64,000 bases of DNA, taken from NCBI GenBank assembly GCA_963737905.1, contig CAVTUQ010000002.1, positions 64,001-128,000 of the forward strand. The letters run 5' to 3'. This DNA is from an uncultured delta proteobacterium (GTDB lineage: Bacteria > Desulfobacterota > Binatia > UBA9968). A program made the position numbers and the translations under genes. Positions 29,547 to 38,806 of the stretch are shown in pieces (position 1 is the stretch's first letter; every line of letters starts with the position of its first letter). The notes beneath the pieces were generated by a model. The model searched no databases. It was not told where the DNA came from and saw only the letters and a program-made list of their open reading frames with translations.

Positions 29547-30266
29547 ATGAGAAAATCCGTCGCGCTGTTGGCCATGCTGGTCATCTTGCCGAGTGTCGCT
29601 TCAGCCCAGCAAACCGAAAGACGACCCAACCTGCCGTCAGTTACGGCCAATGGCGAAGCCGTCATTAACGTGGAACCGGACCAGGCGCAGATCGATATCG
29701 GGGTCGTTACCCAGGCAAGGAACGCCCCCGACGCAGCCAAAGAGAATGCCGAGAAACTCGCCCGCGTGATGAGCGAAGTCAAAAAGCTTCTCGGCAAAGG
29801 TGACGAAATCAAAACCGCCAATTACTCACTCAATCCCAATTACCGTTATCCTCAGGGCGGCAAACCGGAGATCGTCGGTTACACGGCAACCAATGTGCTT
29901 CACATTAAAACCGGCGCTTTGGAAAACGTCGGCAAGCTCATCGACGTCGCGATGCAGTCTGGAGCGAATACGATTCAACGCCTGGTCTTTACATTGAAGG
30001 ACGAACACAGCGCCCAACTCCAAGCTTTGCGTCTCGCCTCCACCAAGGCCAAAGCAAAAGTCGAGGAAATGGCCAATGCCCTCGGCCTCGAAATCATCAA
30101 GATCCTCTCCGTCACCGAAGGTGAACGCGGAGTTCGACCGATCATTATGCCCCAGCCGCGCGTAACGCAAATGGAGGCTGCGGCCGCAGCTCCCACCCCG
30201 GTGGAGGCCGGCAATATCGAGGTACGGTCGTCGGTAACCCTCACGGCAGAGGTCGGACCAAAATAA
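29547..30266 (+). CDS. SIMPL (DUF541) domain periplasmic protein
   Basis: GGAGG RBS, signal peptide, VEPDQAQIDIGV, GYTATN, GANTI. Confidence 0.9.
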   Translation: MRKSVALLAMLVILPSVASAQQTERRPNLPSVTANGEAVINVEPDQAQIDIGVVTQARNAPDAAKENAEKLARVMSEVKKLLGKGDEIKTANYSLNPNYRYPQGGKPEIVGYTATNVLHIKTGALENVGKLIDVAMQSGANTIQRLVFTLKDEHSAQLQALRLASTKAKAKVEEMANALGLEIIKILSVTEGERGVRPIIMPQPRVTQMEAAAAAPTPVEAGNIEVRSSVTLTAEVGPK

Positions 30267-30299
30267 TTCGCTGCACCACTCCATTGCTCCAATTGCTCT

Positions 30300-31181
30300 T
30301 TATCCCTCAAACTTTCCCGGATCCACGTAATAGTGTTTATAGTACCACTCTGCAATTTCCCAACCCGTCGTGCGCCATACGCCATCGTGGGAACAGATGT
30401 AATCCAAAGCCTTTTCCAGATACTTGATCCGATAGGGCATGCCGATGACAAACGGATGAAGCGGAAGACAAAGAACCCTGCCGCCTGTCGCGCTGTCCCG
30501 ATAGAGTGTGTCAAAGTGGTCACAAACCATCCGGTAGTACTGCTCCGGTGTGTGGCTCTCGCGGATGAAGACACGGATATCGTTGACGCCCAACTCGTAG
30601 GGGACAACGACCATGCGGCCGTTTTTAACCCGCATCGGCACCGGCTGTTCGTCGCAACCCCAATCGCAGACATACTCGAAGCCTTCGGCCGCGAGGTGAT
30701 CCGGCGTGTTGAAGGTCTCGCCCAAGCCCGGGCCGAGCCAACCCTTCGGCGCCTTGCCTGTCGCCGACGTAATCAGTTCTTTGACTTTCCGAATCACCTT
30801 TCGCTCTTCTTCCGCCGGATAATCGAGCATAGAAATGCTGTTGGTCATGCCGTGGCCCAGCCACTCCCACTGCCGCTTGTTGCCCTCTTCGATAATCGGC
30901 GGATGTTGCTCGCACACCTCGGCATTAAGAAGCACGCTGGCGCGAATGCTGTATTTGTCGAGCACGTCCATAATGCGAAAAACGCCGACCCGCGATCCAT
31001 AGTCGCGTAACGTGTAGCCCGGTACGTCCGGTGCGTGATTGCTTCCCGATCCGCGGATCGGCATGTCGAAATGAAAATACTCGATATTGGGCGCCACCCA
31101 TAGCGCAATGCGCCCGTCGTTGGGCCAGACAATTTTCTTGCGTTTCGTGATGGGAAGATAGTCGTAACGAGGATTGTTCAT
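30300..31181 (-). CDS. Polysaccharide deacetylase family protein, PuuE (allantoinase)-like
   Basis: WPNDGRIALWV, RDYGSRVG, GWLGPG and LHPFVIG motifs. Confidence 0.88.
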   Translation of the reverse strand: MNNPRYDYLPITKRKKIVWPNDGRIALWVAPNIEYFHFDMPIRGSGSNHAPDVPGYTLRDYGSRVGVFRIMDVLDKYSIRASVLLNAEVCEQHPPIIEEGNKRQWEWLGHGMTNSISMLDYPAEEERKVIRKVKELITSATGKAPKGWLGPGLGETFNTPDHLAAEGFEYVCDWGCDEQPVPMRVKNGRMVVVPYELGVNDIRVFIRESHTPEQYYRMVCDHFDTLYRDSATGGRVLCLPLHPFVIGMPYRIKYLEKALDYICSHDGVWRTTGWEIAEWYYKHYYVDPGKFEG

Positions 31182-31260
31182 CGGCTTTTCCTCCTGTTTA
31201 ACTTGCGAAATAACAATAACTTAACCTAATCCAGCGCTGAAAGATGCGTCAAGCACAGAA

Positions 31261-31290
31261 AGGCCCGGCTGGGGAAAACCAGCCGGGCCT
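31261..31290 (-). terminator. GC-rich hairpin, probable terminator downstream of tpx
   Basis: aggcccggctgg-ggaaaa-ccagccgggcct perfect 12-bp stem; only a short U tract. Confidence 0.6.
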
Positions 31291-31321
31291 CGTGATATCA
31301 TCAGCGTTGAACCGAGAATAG

Positions 31322-31388
31322 TTAACCACAAAGAACTCAAAGAAAGTATTCTCTGAGGACCCTACGCCCTTTGCGTTTTTTGCGGCCA
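31322..31388. repeat. Period-9 palindromic repeat element (CAAAG/CTTTG type)
   Basis: ttaaccacaaagaactcaaag ... ctacgccctttgcgttttttgcggcc. Confidence 0.55.
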
Positions 31389-31401
31389 AAACTGCTTAAA
31401 G

Positions 31402-31905
31402 CTATTTCGCTGCGGCGAGTGCGGCATCGTAATTGGGGTGATCACCGATGCTGCCTACGTATTCCACGTGTTTGAGTTTATTATCCGGTCCGATGACAAA
31501 CACCGCGCGGGCGAGAACACGATCAAGCGGTCCGCCGGAGATCAAGACCCCGTAATTCTTACCGAAAGAAGCGTCGCGATGATCGCTCGCGGTCACCACT
31601 TTATCGACGTTCGCAGCGCCGCACCAGCGTTTCTGCGCGAATGGCAAGTCCATGCTGATGCAGACAATCTCGACGTTGGAGAGCTTGCTGGCTTCCTCGT
31701 TGAATCGCTTCGTTTCCAGGTCGCACACGGGGGTGTCGAGGGAAGGCACCGTGGCAATAATCCGGGTCTTCCCGCCCGCGCTGGCCAACGTATAGTCGCT
31801 CATATCCGCGCTTTTCTGAACCTTGAAGTCCGGCGCCGCCTGTCCGACCTTCACTTCATTGCCCAAGAGTGTTACCGGGCTACCTTTAAACGTAACTGTC
31901 GCCAT
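31402..31905 (-). CDS. tpx: Thiol peroxidase (atypical 2-Cys peroxiredoxin)
   Basis: MATVTFKG after a GGAGG RBS; VPSLDTPVC, ISMDLPFAQKRWC, ARAVFV. Confidence 0.95.
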   Translation of the reverse strand: MATVTFKGSPVTLLGNEVKVGQAAPDFKVQKSADMSDYTLASAGGKTRIIATVPSLDTPVCDLETKRFNEEASKLSNVEIVCISMDLPFAQKRWCGAANVDKVVTASDHRDASFGKNYGVLISGGPLDRVLARAVFVIGPDNKLKHVEYVGSIGDHPNYDAALAAAK

Positions 31906-31994
31906 AAATGTTCCTCCAGTTTTAAAATTATTGACGCACGCAAGAATAAAAAAGTCCGAGGCTTCGATTGCACTCAATCGCCTCGTACTAGTCG

Positions 31995-32067
31995 GCCTAT
32001 GGCGTATCGCTTATAGCGTATGCTTCTTATGTCCCAACTATATGCCCTAAGCTATCAGCCCTATGCG
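31995..32067. repeat. Period-7 palindromic repeat element (CGTATAG/CTATATG type)
   Basis: cctatgg-cgtatcg-cttatag-cgtatg ... ctatatg-ccctaag-ctatcag-ccctatg; sister copy at 34955-35030. Confidence 0.6.
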
Positions 32068-32109
32068 AATCGATATCACGAACCTTTGACAACTGTAAAC
32101 AGTATCTGT

Positions 32110-32502
32110 CTAGCGCGCGCAATGCCTGCAGGCGCCATAGAAAGCGGTTTGGTGGGACGTGACCTTAAATCCTCGATGCGGAAGTCTCGTCGGCTTGATC
32201 TCATTTTTCGTATCGACCAAAACATCGTAGACCCGCCCGCACTGCTCGCAGATGAAATGCTGATGGCGCTGGACGAGAGGATCGAAATGTTGCGTGCGTC
32301 CCAACATTAACACCTGGAGTTTTTCGTCAGCGACCAATTTTTGCAAATTACGATACACGGTTCCGAGGCTCACGTTGGGCAAACGTTCCCGCACTTTGTC
32401 GTAAACCTGATCCGCAGTTGGATGAGACGCATCGTCTTTAATCGCCTCCCAGACAACTTGCAACTGCTTCGTGTTTCTTGGCTTCTTATCCACCTTCGGC
32501 AT
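32110..32502 (-). CDS. perR: Fur family regulator, PerR-like
   Basis: HPTADQVY, VSLGTVYRNL, HQHFICEQC and C-terminal CRHC; lies in a peroxide-defence operon. Confidence 0.82.
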   Translation of the reverse strand: MPKVDKKPRNTKQLQVVWEAIKDDASHPTADQVYDKVRERLPNVSLGTVYRNLQKLVADEKLQVLMLGRTQHFDPLVQRHQHFICEQCGRVYDVLVDTKNEIKPTRLPHRGFKVTSHQTAFYGACRHCAR

Positions 32503-32504
32503 GG

Positions 32505-33080
32505 TTATCTCGTAAGATCCTCTACCAAAGATTTTCGCGTATTAGGTTCGATAACTGCGCTTGCCTGGTAACTCGGATGATCGATCACAAGCTCGGCCCT
32601 TTCACCTTTGATAAACGCCTGGAGCGCGGCCTCGGAAAAGGGGAATTTCACGTACTGCACCGCACTGATCTTGTCTTCCTTGCTGTGGCCCTCTTCAAAG
32701 CGCGCATGCATGGAATGGCTTCCGACCTTGAGGCAAACCGACTCGTCGATGCCTAAGAATTTCAGCAAATCTTCCCGGAGATGGGTCTGATCCTCGATCT
32801 CTAAAAAAAGTGTGGCACTCAGCTCTCCGGGCGCCGGGACGAGCTCATTATAGACCTCAATTTCCTCCCGAATCTTATCCAGGTCGGAAATTTTTTCCGC
32901 CCGCATCATCTCTTGGATTTGAAAGATCACCGTGTCCCGGTTCTCGAAGACCAGGGTCACTTTGTCTCCCACGGATACTCGTCTCTCCCGTTTGAGCTCG
33001 ATAATGCGCTGGCGAGACTTTTCGCGCAGCTTTTCATAAGCGGCGGTGCCTACGATATCTTCTAACGCAACCTTGTTCAT
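32505..33080 (-). CDS. DUF3501 family protein
   Basis: FENRDTVIFQIQEM, YNELVP, SATLFLE, SAVQYVKF and IDHP; typical partner of aerobic-type rubrerythrin. Confidence 0.87.
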   Translation of the reverse strand: MNKVALEDIVGTAAYEKLREKSRQRIIELKRERRVSVGDKVTLVFENRDTVIFQIQEMMRAEKISDLDKIREEIEVYNELVPAPGELSATLFLEIEDQTHLREDLLKFLGIDESVCLKVGSHSMHARFEEGHSKEDKISAVQYVKFPFSEAALQAFIKGERAELVIDHPSYQASAVIEPNTRKSLVEDLTR

Positions 33081-34354
33081 GATTTACCGCCTTCCGCTAA
33101 ACCGTAAGCCAGCTCCAGAACCTGAACGGGGTGAAGCGGTTTCTTTCGAATCCCTTGCTGAATTTGCAAACCGGCCAAGGAGCAGTCGGATACGGTGAGA
33201 TCCGGCTTCGCCTCGCGAATGTCGCGCAGGAGCGGCTCAGCCACCTTTAATGACAAGTCGAAATACTGTTGCTTCAATCCCCACGTTCCATCGATGGCGG
33301 CACATTTCTCAAAAACCTGTACGGTGGTCCCGGGAATCAGTTCCATCAAGTCCCGAGACTTGAAACCGATATTCTGGGCTCTCAAGTGGCAAGGCATTTG
33401 ATAGGCGATTTTGCCTGCGTTTCGGACAAAACGAGTGTCTAGTTTGCCTCCGCGATGAAGAGACATGAGATATTCACACACATCAAACGTCTTAGCGGCC
33501 ACCTCCCTGGCAGCGTCTGATTTTAGCAGCCATGGATATTCTTGCTTCAACACGTAGCTGCAAGTCGGTTGCGGCACAACGACGTCATAGCCTTTCGCCA
33601 CCCACGCTTGAAGGGAATCAATATTGAATTTGGCGTTATTTTTAGTCGACTCGATATCCCCACCGTCGAGAAACGGCATACCGCAGCAGCGTTGCTCGGG
33701 GCATTGAACCTCGACGCCATTCTTTTCCAAAACTTGCATGCAAGCTTTTCCCACTTGAGGCTCATTGAAATTGACGCTGCAGGTATAGAACAGAACGACT
33801 TTGCTGCCGGCTGCGGGTGCTCTATTCGAAGCACGTTTGTCGAACCACTGGCGGAAAGTTTCCGCAGCATACTGTGGCAATATGCGTCTCCGATGAATGC
33901 CGATCATTTTTTCCATGAACCACCGATTGAGCGAATTGCGGTTGAGCCAATTCACCAGCGGCGCAAATAAGCTCCCCAGACGGCCAATGGCATCCACGTG
34001 TCCTAAGAAGCGATCCTGCAGCGACTGTCCCTCGCGTTTCGTTTGAATTGCCCGAGACCGGAGCATGAGCCGCGGGAAGTCGATCTCCCAGCGATGCGGC
34101 GGCGTATAAGGGCAGTGATTAAAGCAGAGCTTGCACTGATAGCAAAGATCGGTGACGCTCTTGAGATCGGCGGAATTCAGCTTTTCCGCTTCGCCGTCGA
34201 CCTCTCCTCGATCCAACCGCTCAAAAAGGTCGTTGAAAGAGGGACATAGATTATAGCAACGACGACAACCATTACAGATGTCGAAGACGCGCCTGAGCTC
34301 GCCTTCGACATCCGATGGATCCCAAAACGCTCTGCTTTCCGTATCAAGACTCAT
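33077..34354 (-). CDS. Rubrerythrin-associated Fe-S oxidoreductase (GlpC/HdrD-like)
   Basis: CNGCRRCYNLCP, CYQCKLCFNHCPY, RCCGMP, PCHLR and CSLA motifs; start placed at MSLDTESRAFW. Confidence 0.88.
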   Translation of the reverse strand: MSLDTESRAFWDPSDVEGELRRVFDICNGCRRCYNLCPSFNDLFERLDRGEVDGEAEKLNSADLKSVTDLCYQCKLCFNHCPYTPPHRWEIDFPRLMLRSRAIQTKREGQSLQDRFLGHVDAIGRLGSLFAPLVNWLNRNSLNRWFMEKMIGIHRRRILPQYAAETFRQWFDKRASNRAPAAGSKVVLFYTCSVNFNEPQVGKACMQVLEKNGVEVQCPEQRCCGMPFLDGGDIESTKNNAKFNIDSLQAWVAKGYDVVVPQPTCSYVLKQEYPWLLKSDAAREVAAKTFDVCEYLMSLHRGGKLDTRFVRNAGKIAYQMPCHLRAQNIGFKSRDLMELIPGTTVQVFEKCAAIDGTWGLKQQYFDLSLKVAEPLLRDIREAKPDLTVSDCSLAGLQIQQGIRKKPLHPVQVLELAYGLAEGGKS

Positions 34355-34409
34355 GATGAGATCCAAGGTCAGGGATGGAGACTGCCATCCCTGACCTACC
34401 CTAGATGGG

Positions 34410-34862
34410 TCAGCTTGCGGCGTCCGCGGGCTCTCTACCGGCAATCTTCTCCAACCCTTTGGAGAATCGCCCGGCGTGAGATTTTTCCGCTTTGGCTAGC
34501 GTTTCGAACCACTCTGCCAATTCCGCATATCCTTCCTCGCGCGCTGTCTTGGCGAATCCGGGATACATCTCGGTATACTCGTACGTCTCGCCCTCGACGG
34601 CAGACTTGAGATTCTTCTCTGTGCTGCCGATGGGAACGTCGGTGACCGGATCGCCTACTTCTTTCAAGAAATCCAGATGGCCGAAGGCATGTCCCGTCTC
34701 AGCCTCAGAGGTGTCACGGAACAAACCTCCGACGTCCGGGTACCCTTCGATATCGGCTACCCTTGCGAAATAGAGATAGCGCCGGTTAGCCTGAGACTCC
34801 GCCGCGAAGGCGTTCTTCAGGTTTCCATGGCTCTTGGAGCCCTCTAAACTTTTTGCCATCAT
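34410..34862 (-). CDS. rbr: Rubrerythrin (aerobic type, no rubredoxin domain)
   Basis: [25 protein letters not shown] and AEKSHA diiron motifs; GGAGG RBS. Confidence 0.93.
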   Translation of the reverse strand: MMAKSLEGSKSHGNLKNAFAAESQANRRYLYFARVADIEGYPDVGGLFRDTSEAETGHAFGHLDFLKEVGDPVTDVPIGSTEKNLKSAVEGETYEYTEMYPGFAKTAREEGYAELAEWFETLAKAEKSHAGRFSKGLEKIAGREPADAAS

Positions 34863-34874
34863 GCTGTCCTCCAC

Positions 34875-34898
34875 TTATTAATAATAATTGCTATTATA
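34875..34898 (-). promoter_or_regulatory. Putative PerR/Fur box at the rubrerythrin promoter
   Basis: AT-rich imperfect dyad TATAATAGCAATTATTATTAATAA just upstream of the RBS; the cognate regulator type is encoded in the same operon. Confidence 0.5.
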
Positions 34899-34954
34899 GA
34901 AAGCACATCCACTGTCAAGGAACGGAGAATGAATTTTCTTTGTTACAAAGCTAA

Positions 34955-35030
34955 ATGGCGTATCCATATAGCGTATAGCGCATGGTTCCATATGTTCGAA
35001 CCATATGCCATAAGCGATCAGCCCTATGCG
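34955..35030. repeat. Period-7 palindromic repeat element, sister of 31995-32067
   Basis: catatag-cgtatag-cgcatgg ... ccatatg-ccataag-cgatcag-ccctatg; the last 20 bp differ by one base from 32048-32067. Confidence 0.6.
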
Positions 35031-35064
35031 CTTCGAGGCGCGCGACTCGCCTCTGAGATCCCGT

Positions 35065-35776
35065 TCAGCGAAGGCGATATTTAGCGCGCATCTCGTCCCA
35101 GCCATCAATTCCCGCAAGATCTTCTAAAACTGTGGTTGTCGGAGGCAGGATGGGGAAGTCGTTGTGATAAACTTCCGCCAACGCTTCGGCGGGTTTGAGC
35201 CACACGGCATGTGTTACCTCTTCGGACCGCGACAGCGCCGTTTGCTGCGCGGGCAATAGAGCCAGGTAAAAGCGGGTATCGAATCGCATAGGATAGAATT
35301 CCGGCGTCACGCGATGGAAAAAATAAATCATGCGCGACAGGTTACACCACAGTTCTTCTGATTCGAGGAACTCTCCGAAACTCTAGTTCTTCCCTGACGA
35401 TCGCCTTTCGTTTGAACTCGAACCTTTCTTTTGTCGTCTCGTCGCGCAGTTCAATGGGCTCTCCCGATTTCGCCTCACAAAGAAGAATTCCAACTTCTTC
35501 AAACAATTCTCGAATGCCGGCGATCCAATGACCCAACGCCAACTCCGGCTCATGCCGGCGGCCGAGAAGCTTTTGCGCGTCGCTTACTGATAATCCCCGG
35601 CAACGCTGCAGCACCCTTGCCGAATAGTCGTCGTTGTGGACAGCGCCACCCGGAAAAACGTAGAAGCCGCCCAAAAACTTCATCTCAGCCGGCCGTCGAG
35701 TCAGAAGGAGTTCGAAGCTGCCATCCTCATCCGGCCGGAGGAGAACGACCGTGGAAGCGTAACGCGCCTGCGTCAT
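35065..35776 (-). CDS. NUDIX hydrolase (frameshift at ~35383)
   Basis: ASTVVLLR, FYVFPGG, IRELFEEVG; continues after a 1-nt shift into HRVTP..RFDTRFY..ILPPT. Confidence 0.83.
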
Positions 35777-35790
35777 AAAAGCGGGAGAAT

Positions 35791-36834
35791 TTACTTTCGC
35801 CCAATGTCCCGCAGCAGTTTCTCCCATTTGCCGGTTTCTTTTTCGTATTGCTCGACGGTCATGCCCGCCTCGGCGTACCAACGCTTGAAATCAGGCTTGT
35901 TCATAGCGCTGTCGAGCCCGAATTTGCCGAGAAACTTCTGTCCCTCGGGGCTGAGCAGGAAGTCGGCCAACAAAAGAGCCGCGTGCGGATGGGGCGCATG
36001 CGCCGGCAGGGCGACTCCTCCCGCGTTAGTCGGAACAACGTCCATGGGCACCCACTTGATCGGCGCGCCTTTTGAAATCGATACCCGCGAGTGGCTGAGA
36101 AATACCGTGGGCGATACGCCCAGTTCCCCGGAAATCACCATGTCCAGTATCGCCCGGCCCGAAACACCATGAAGGGTGATATCCTGCGATTTGAGCTTCT
36201 GGACGAACTCGCCGCCCTTGGTGGCCAACATAGCCCCGATCACTCGGTTCCCCGTATCGCTGGTGGCGAATCCGATCTTCCCTTTGAGCTCGGGCTTTAG
36301 GAGGTCTTCGAATCGTTTCGGCGCCGCGGCGGCTGGCACCACATTGGTATTGTATGCGACTCCGATATAGGACTCGCGGTCGGTCGCCCAGTAGACGAGT
36401 CCCTTTTCGGCTTTTTCTTTAACCTCGTCGGGATAAGAGGCCAGATAGGGTGAGAAGTAGCGGCCAATGATTTTTTCATCCTGCATAACTTTTAGGATTG
36501 GGAACGTGGTCTCGATCGTATCCACCAGATAACGCTTCGCTTGCGCCTCCTGAAGTATCCTCGAGATCAGGGCATCGCTGTCGCCGCGATAGACTTCCAT
36601 CTTGACGCCTGGATACTTTGCCTCGAAGACCTTCGGCGCCTCAATATTCGGTCCACCGGTAAGCGACGTGTACCACATCAACTTGCCCTCTTTTTTCGCC
36701 CCTTCGTAAAGAACCTGCTCGCGATCCGGTTTGTTGTAGGCCGCCAGATCGGCGACTGTCGCCGGCTTTACTTGAGCCCATAGTCTTGGCTGCCAACTCA
36801 ACGCGACGATTAGCGTGAATACGAAAAGTTTCAT
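35791..36834 (-). CDS. Extracellular solute-binding protein (Fe3+/AfuA-like family)
   Basis: Signal peptide MKLFVFTLIVALSWQPRLWA; GAKKEGKLMWYTSL, YNTNVV, APHPHAALL, LSPEGQ. Confidence 0.87.
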   Translation of the reverse strand: MKLFVFTLIVALSWQPRLWAQVKPATVADLAAYNKPDREQVLYEGAKKEGKLMWYTSLTGGPNIEAPKVFEAKYPGVKMEVYRGDSDALISRILQEAQAKRYLVDTIETTFPILKVMQDEKIIGRYFSPYLASYPDEVKEKAEKGLVYWATDRESYIGVAYNTNVVPAAAAPKRFEDLLKPELKGKIGFATSDTGNRVIGAMLATKGGEFVQKLKSQDITLHGVSGRAILDMVISGELGVSPTVFLSHSRVSISKGAPIKWVPMDVVPTNAGGVALPAHAPHPHAALLLADFLLSPEGQKFLGKFGLDSAMNKPDFKRWYAEAGMTVEQYEKETGKWEKLLRDIGRK

Positions 36835-36938
36835 TCTTGCTCTCCTTGCTTCGCGAGATCTTACAGAATTGTTATAACCCCTCGATGCGGGAAAACTAAA
36901 GAGGGGTGAAACTCGAGTCGGTATTTGTGTTGGGGCCG

Positions 36939-37114
36939 CTAGTGTGGTGTTTTCCGAAATCCGTTGAATAAGTTGAGCGTCATTCCGGGCAAGCTGGCGA
37001 TAGCTAGCGCGACCCGGAATCCAGAATTTCAAAGACTTCTGGATGCCCACTTTCGCGAGCATGACGGTCGGGAGACCCTGACTTCTTTTGCGAACTTTAG
37101 TTCCACGACACTAG
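36939..37114. mobile_element. 176-bp MITE-like element with CTAG ends enclosing a GTCATTCC-type REP
   Basis: Left end ctagtgtggtg versus reverse complement of the right end ctagtgtcgtg (10/11 match); internal gtcattccggg...cccggaatcca...ctggat...catgac. Confidence 0.6.
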
Positions 37115-38230
37115 TCAGTCTTTCAGCCGCAGGACATTGTGCGCTGTGATCGGGCGGTGAAAGCCCTTCAGTGTTAGCTCGCCTGCGGGCTCCACTTCCA
37201 CCAAATCTTCCACAGTCCCGAGCAGGCGTTGGGAAACCAGGATCTGACTGGGTTTGGCCTCACCGCAGAGGCGTGACGCAAGATTGGTGACGGTGCCGAT
37301 GGCGCCGTAATCCCAGCGGCCTTCAAATCCGATGCCGCCGATGGTGGCGTAGCCCTGCGCGATACCGACTCCCAAGTCGAGGTCATAACCTAATTTACGC
37401 CATTTTACGATCATCTCTTTCACTCGCTCCCGCATCGCCAGCGCCATCCCAATTGCCCGTTCCGCCGGATTGGGAACCGGCACCGGATCATTAAAAAAAA
37501 TCATCATGCCGTCGCCAGTGAATCGTTCCAAAGTCCCTTCGTGCTCCAGGATCAGCTTCCCCATTTCGGTATGGTACTCGCGCAGGACACCCATAACTTC
37601 TTCCGGCTCAGCGGTCTCGGCGAAAGCAGTGAAGCCCCGCAGGTCGAGAAAAACCACAGTGACCTCTCGCCGGTGGGTCTTCAGCGGGTCATCGGCGCCT
37701 CCGGCCACAATTAACTCGGCAAGCTGAGGCGAAAAGAAACGTTTTAGTCGCCCAAGTTGTTCAAGCTGAGTCACCTGATCTTCGACTCGCTGTTGCAGAG
37801 TCTTGTTCCAATCTGAAAGCTCGGCGGCTTGAACTTGAACGGTGTCATAAAGTTCTTTGATTCTAAGAAGCGACTTCGTTCGCGCGAGAAGCTCAGCCTG
37901 ATTGATCGGCTTCGTAAGAAAGTCATCAGCTCCAGCTTCGATCCCTTTGATTCGCTCTTCAGCGGGATCAAGCGCCGTCACCATCACCACGGGAAGAGTC
38001 CTCGTCTCCGGAATCTCGCGAATTTTACGGCACACCTCATAGCCGCTCATCTCGGGCATCACGACATCAAGAAGCACCAAATCGGGCTGCTCTCGCTCGA
38101 TCTTGTCTAGGGCTTCCTGCCCCGATACCGCGGTCACGACAGCGTATCCTTTGACGGTCAAAAGATCGGCCAGGAGCTTTACGTTCCTGGGAGTGTCATC
38201 GACAACAAGAATTTTGGCCGGTGATTTCAC
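37115..38230 (-). CDS. Response regulator receiver + class III nucleotidyl cyclase (copy A)
   Basis: REC domain (LVVDD, LLDVVMP, FLTKP), coiled linker, cyclase motifs VFLDLRGFT, ERFTGDG, TNLASRL, LKG. Confidence 0.93.
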   Translation of the reverse strand: MKSPAKILVVDDTPRNVKLLADLLTVKGYAVVTAVSGQEALDKIEREQPDLVLLDVVMPEMSGYEVCRKIREIPETRTLPVVMVTALDPAEERIKGIEAGADDFLTKPINQAELLARTKSLLRIKELYDTVQVQAAELSDWNKTLQQRVEDQVTQLEQLGRLKRFFSPQLAELIVAGGADDPLKTHRREVTVVFLDLRGFTAFAETAEPEEVMGVLREYHTEMGKLILEHEGTLERFTGDGMMIFFNDPVPVPNPAERAIGMALAMRERVKEMIVKWRKLGYDLDLGVGIAQGYATIGGIGFEGRWDYGAIGTVTNLASRLCGEAKPSQILVSQRLLGTVEDLVEVEPAGELTLKGFHRPITAHNVLRLKD

Positions 38231-38242
38231 GTCTCAATCGCA

Positions 38243-38316
38243 GGTGAGGAGTAAGGGATGAAGGGTCAGGCGAGAAAAGCAGGGACGCCCTCACGACTTA
38301 CCCCTGACGCCTTACG
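38243..38316. repeat. Period-7 palindromic repeat element (GTAAGG/CCTTAC type)
   Basis: ggtgagg-agtaagg-gatgaag-ggtcagg ... ccctcac-gacttac-ccctgac-gccttac; contains the stop codon of the receiver gene. Confidence 0.6.
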
Positions 38317-38692
38317 TTTTTGTCTCTCGAAGGACCCTTTCCACTTCCCCGAGAAAGTCCTTCAAGCTGATCGGCTTGGTCTGGTAGCCGTCAAACCCTT
38401 CAGCCAACATCGTTTTTCTATTGTGGGTCATGGCCGACGCGGTAATCGCGATGATAGGTATGCTCTGTGTTTGTGGCTTGGCCCGGAGTTGCTTCAGCGC
38501 GGTAATTCCGTCTATCCCCGGGAGCTGGATGTCCATGAGGATAAGAGCAGGCGATTTGTCCAGCGCGAGCTTTATTCCTTCTTCGGCCGTCTCAGCCTCT
38601 ATGGTCGTATAGCCCTTGACCTGAAGCACGTCTCGAACCAGCTTCCGGTTCTTCTCGTTATCTTCGATGATCAGTACCAGTTCGTTAGGCAT
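38312..38692 (-). CDS. Single-domain response regulator, DivK-like (copy A)
   Basis: IIEDN, LMDIQLPGIDG, ITASA and TKPI motifs. Confidence 0.92.
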   Translation of the reverse strand: MPNELVLIIEDNEKNRKLVRDVLQVKGYTTIEAETAEEGIKLALDKSPALILMDIQLPGIDGITALKQLRAKPQTQSIPIIAITASAMTHNRKTMLAEGFDGYQTKPISLKDFLGEVERVLRETKT

Positions 38693-38707
38693 AAAAGTTC
38701 GATGATC

Positions 38708-38800
38708 CTCCCGCAAAGGCGCAAAGACGCCAAGTTTAGAAGAAAAGATGGCTGATAATTCTAATAATAATTCTTCTAACACTTTGCGCCTTTGCGGGAG
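38708..38800. repeat. Period-9 palindromic repeat element with a perfect 19-bp inverted repeat
   Basis: ctcccgcaaaggcgcaaag (38708-38726) and ctttgcgcctttgcgggag (38782-38800) around an AT-rich spacer. Confidence 0.7.
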
Positions 38801-38806
38801 AAATTC

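Noticed and set aside
34893-34918. Perfect TTGACA and TATAAT boxes upstream of rubrerythrin
   Set aside because: The spacer is only 14 bp, so they are not called as a canonical sigma-70 pair.
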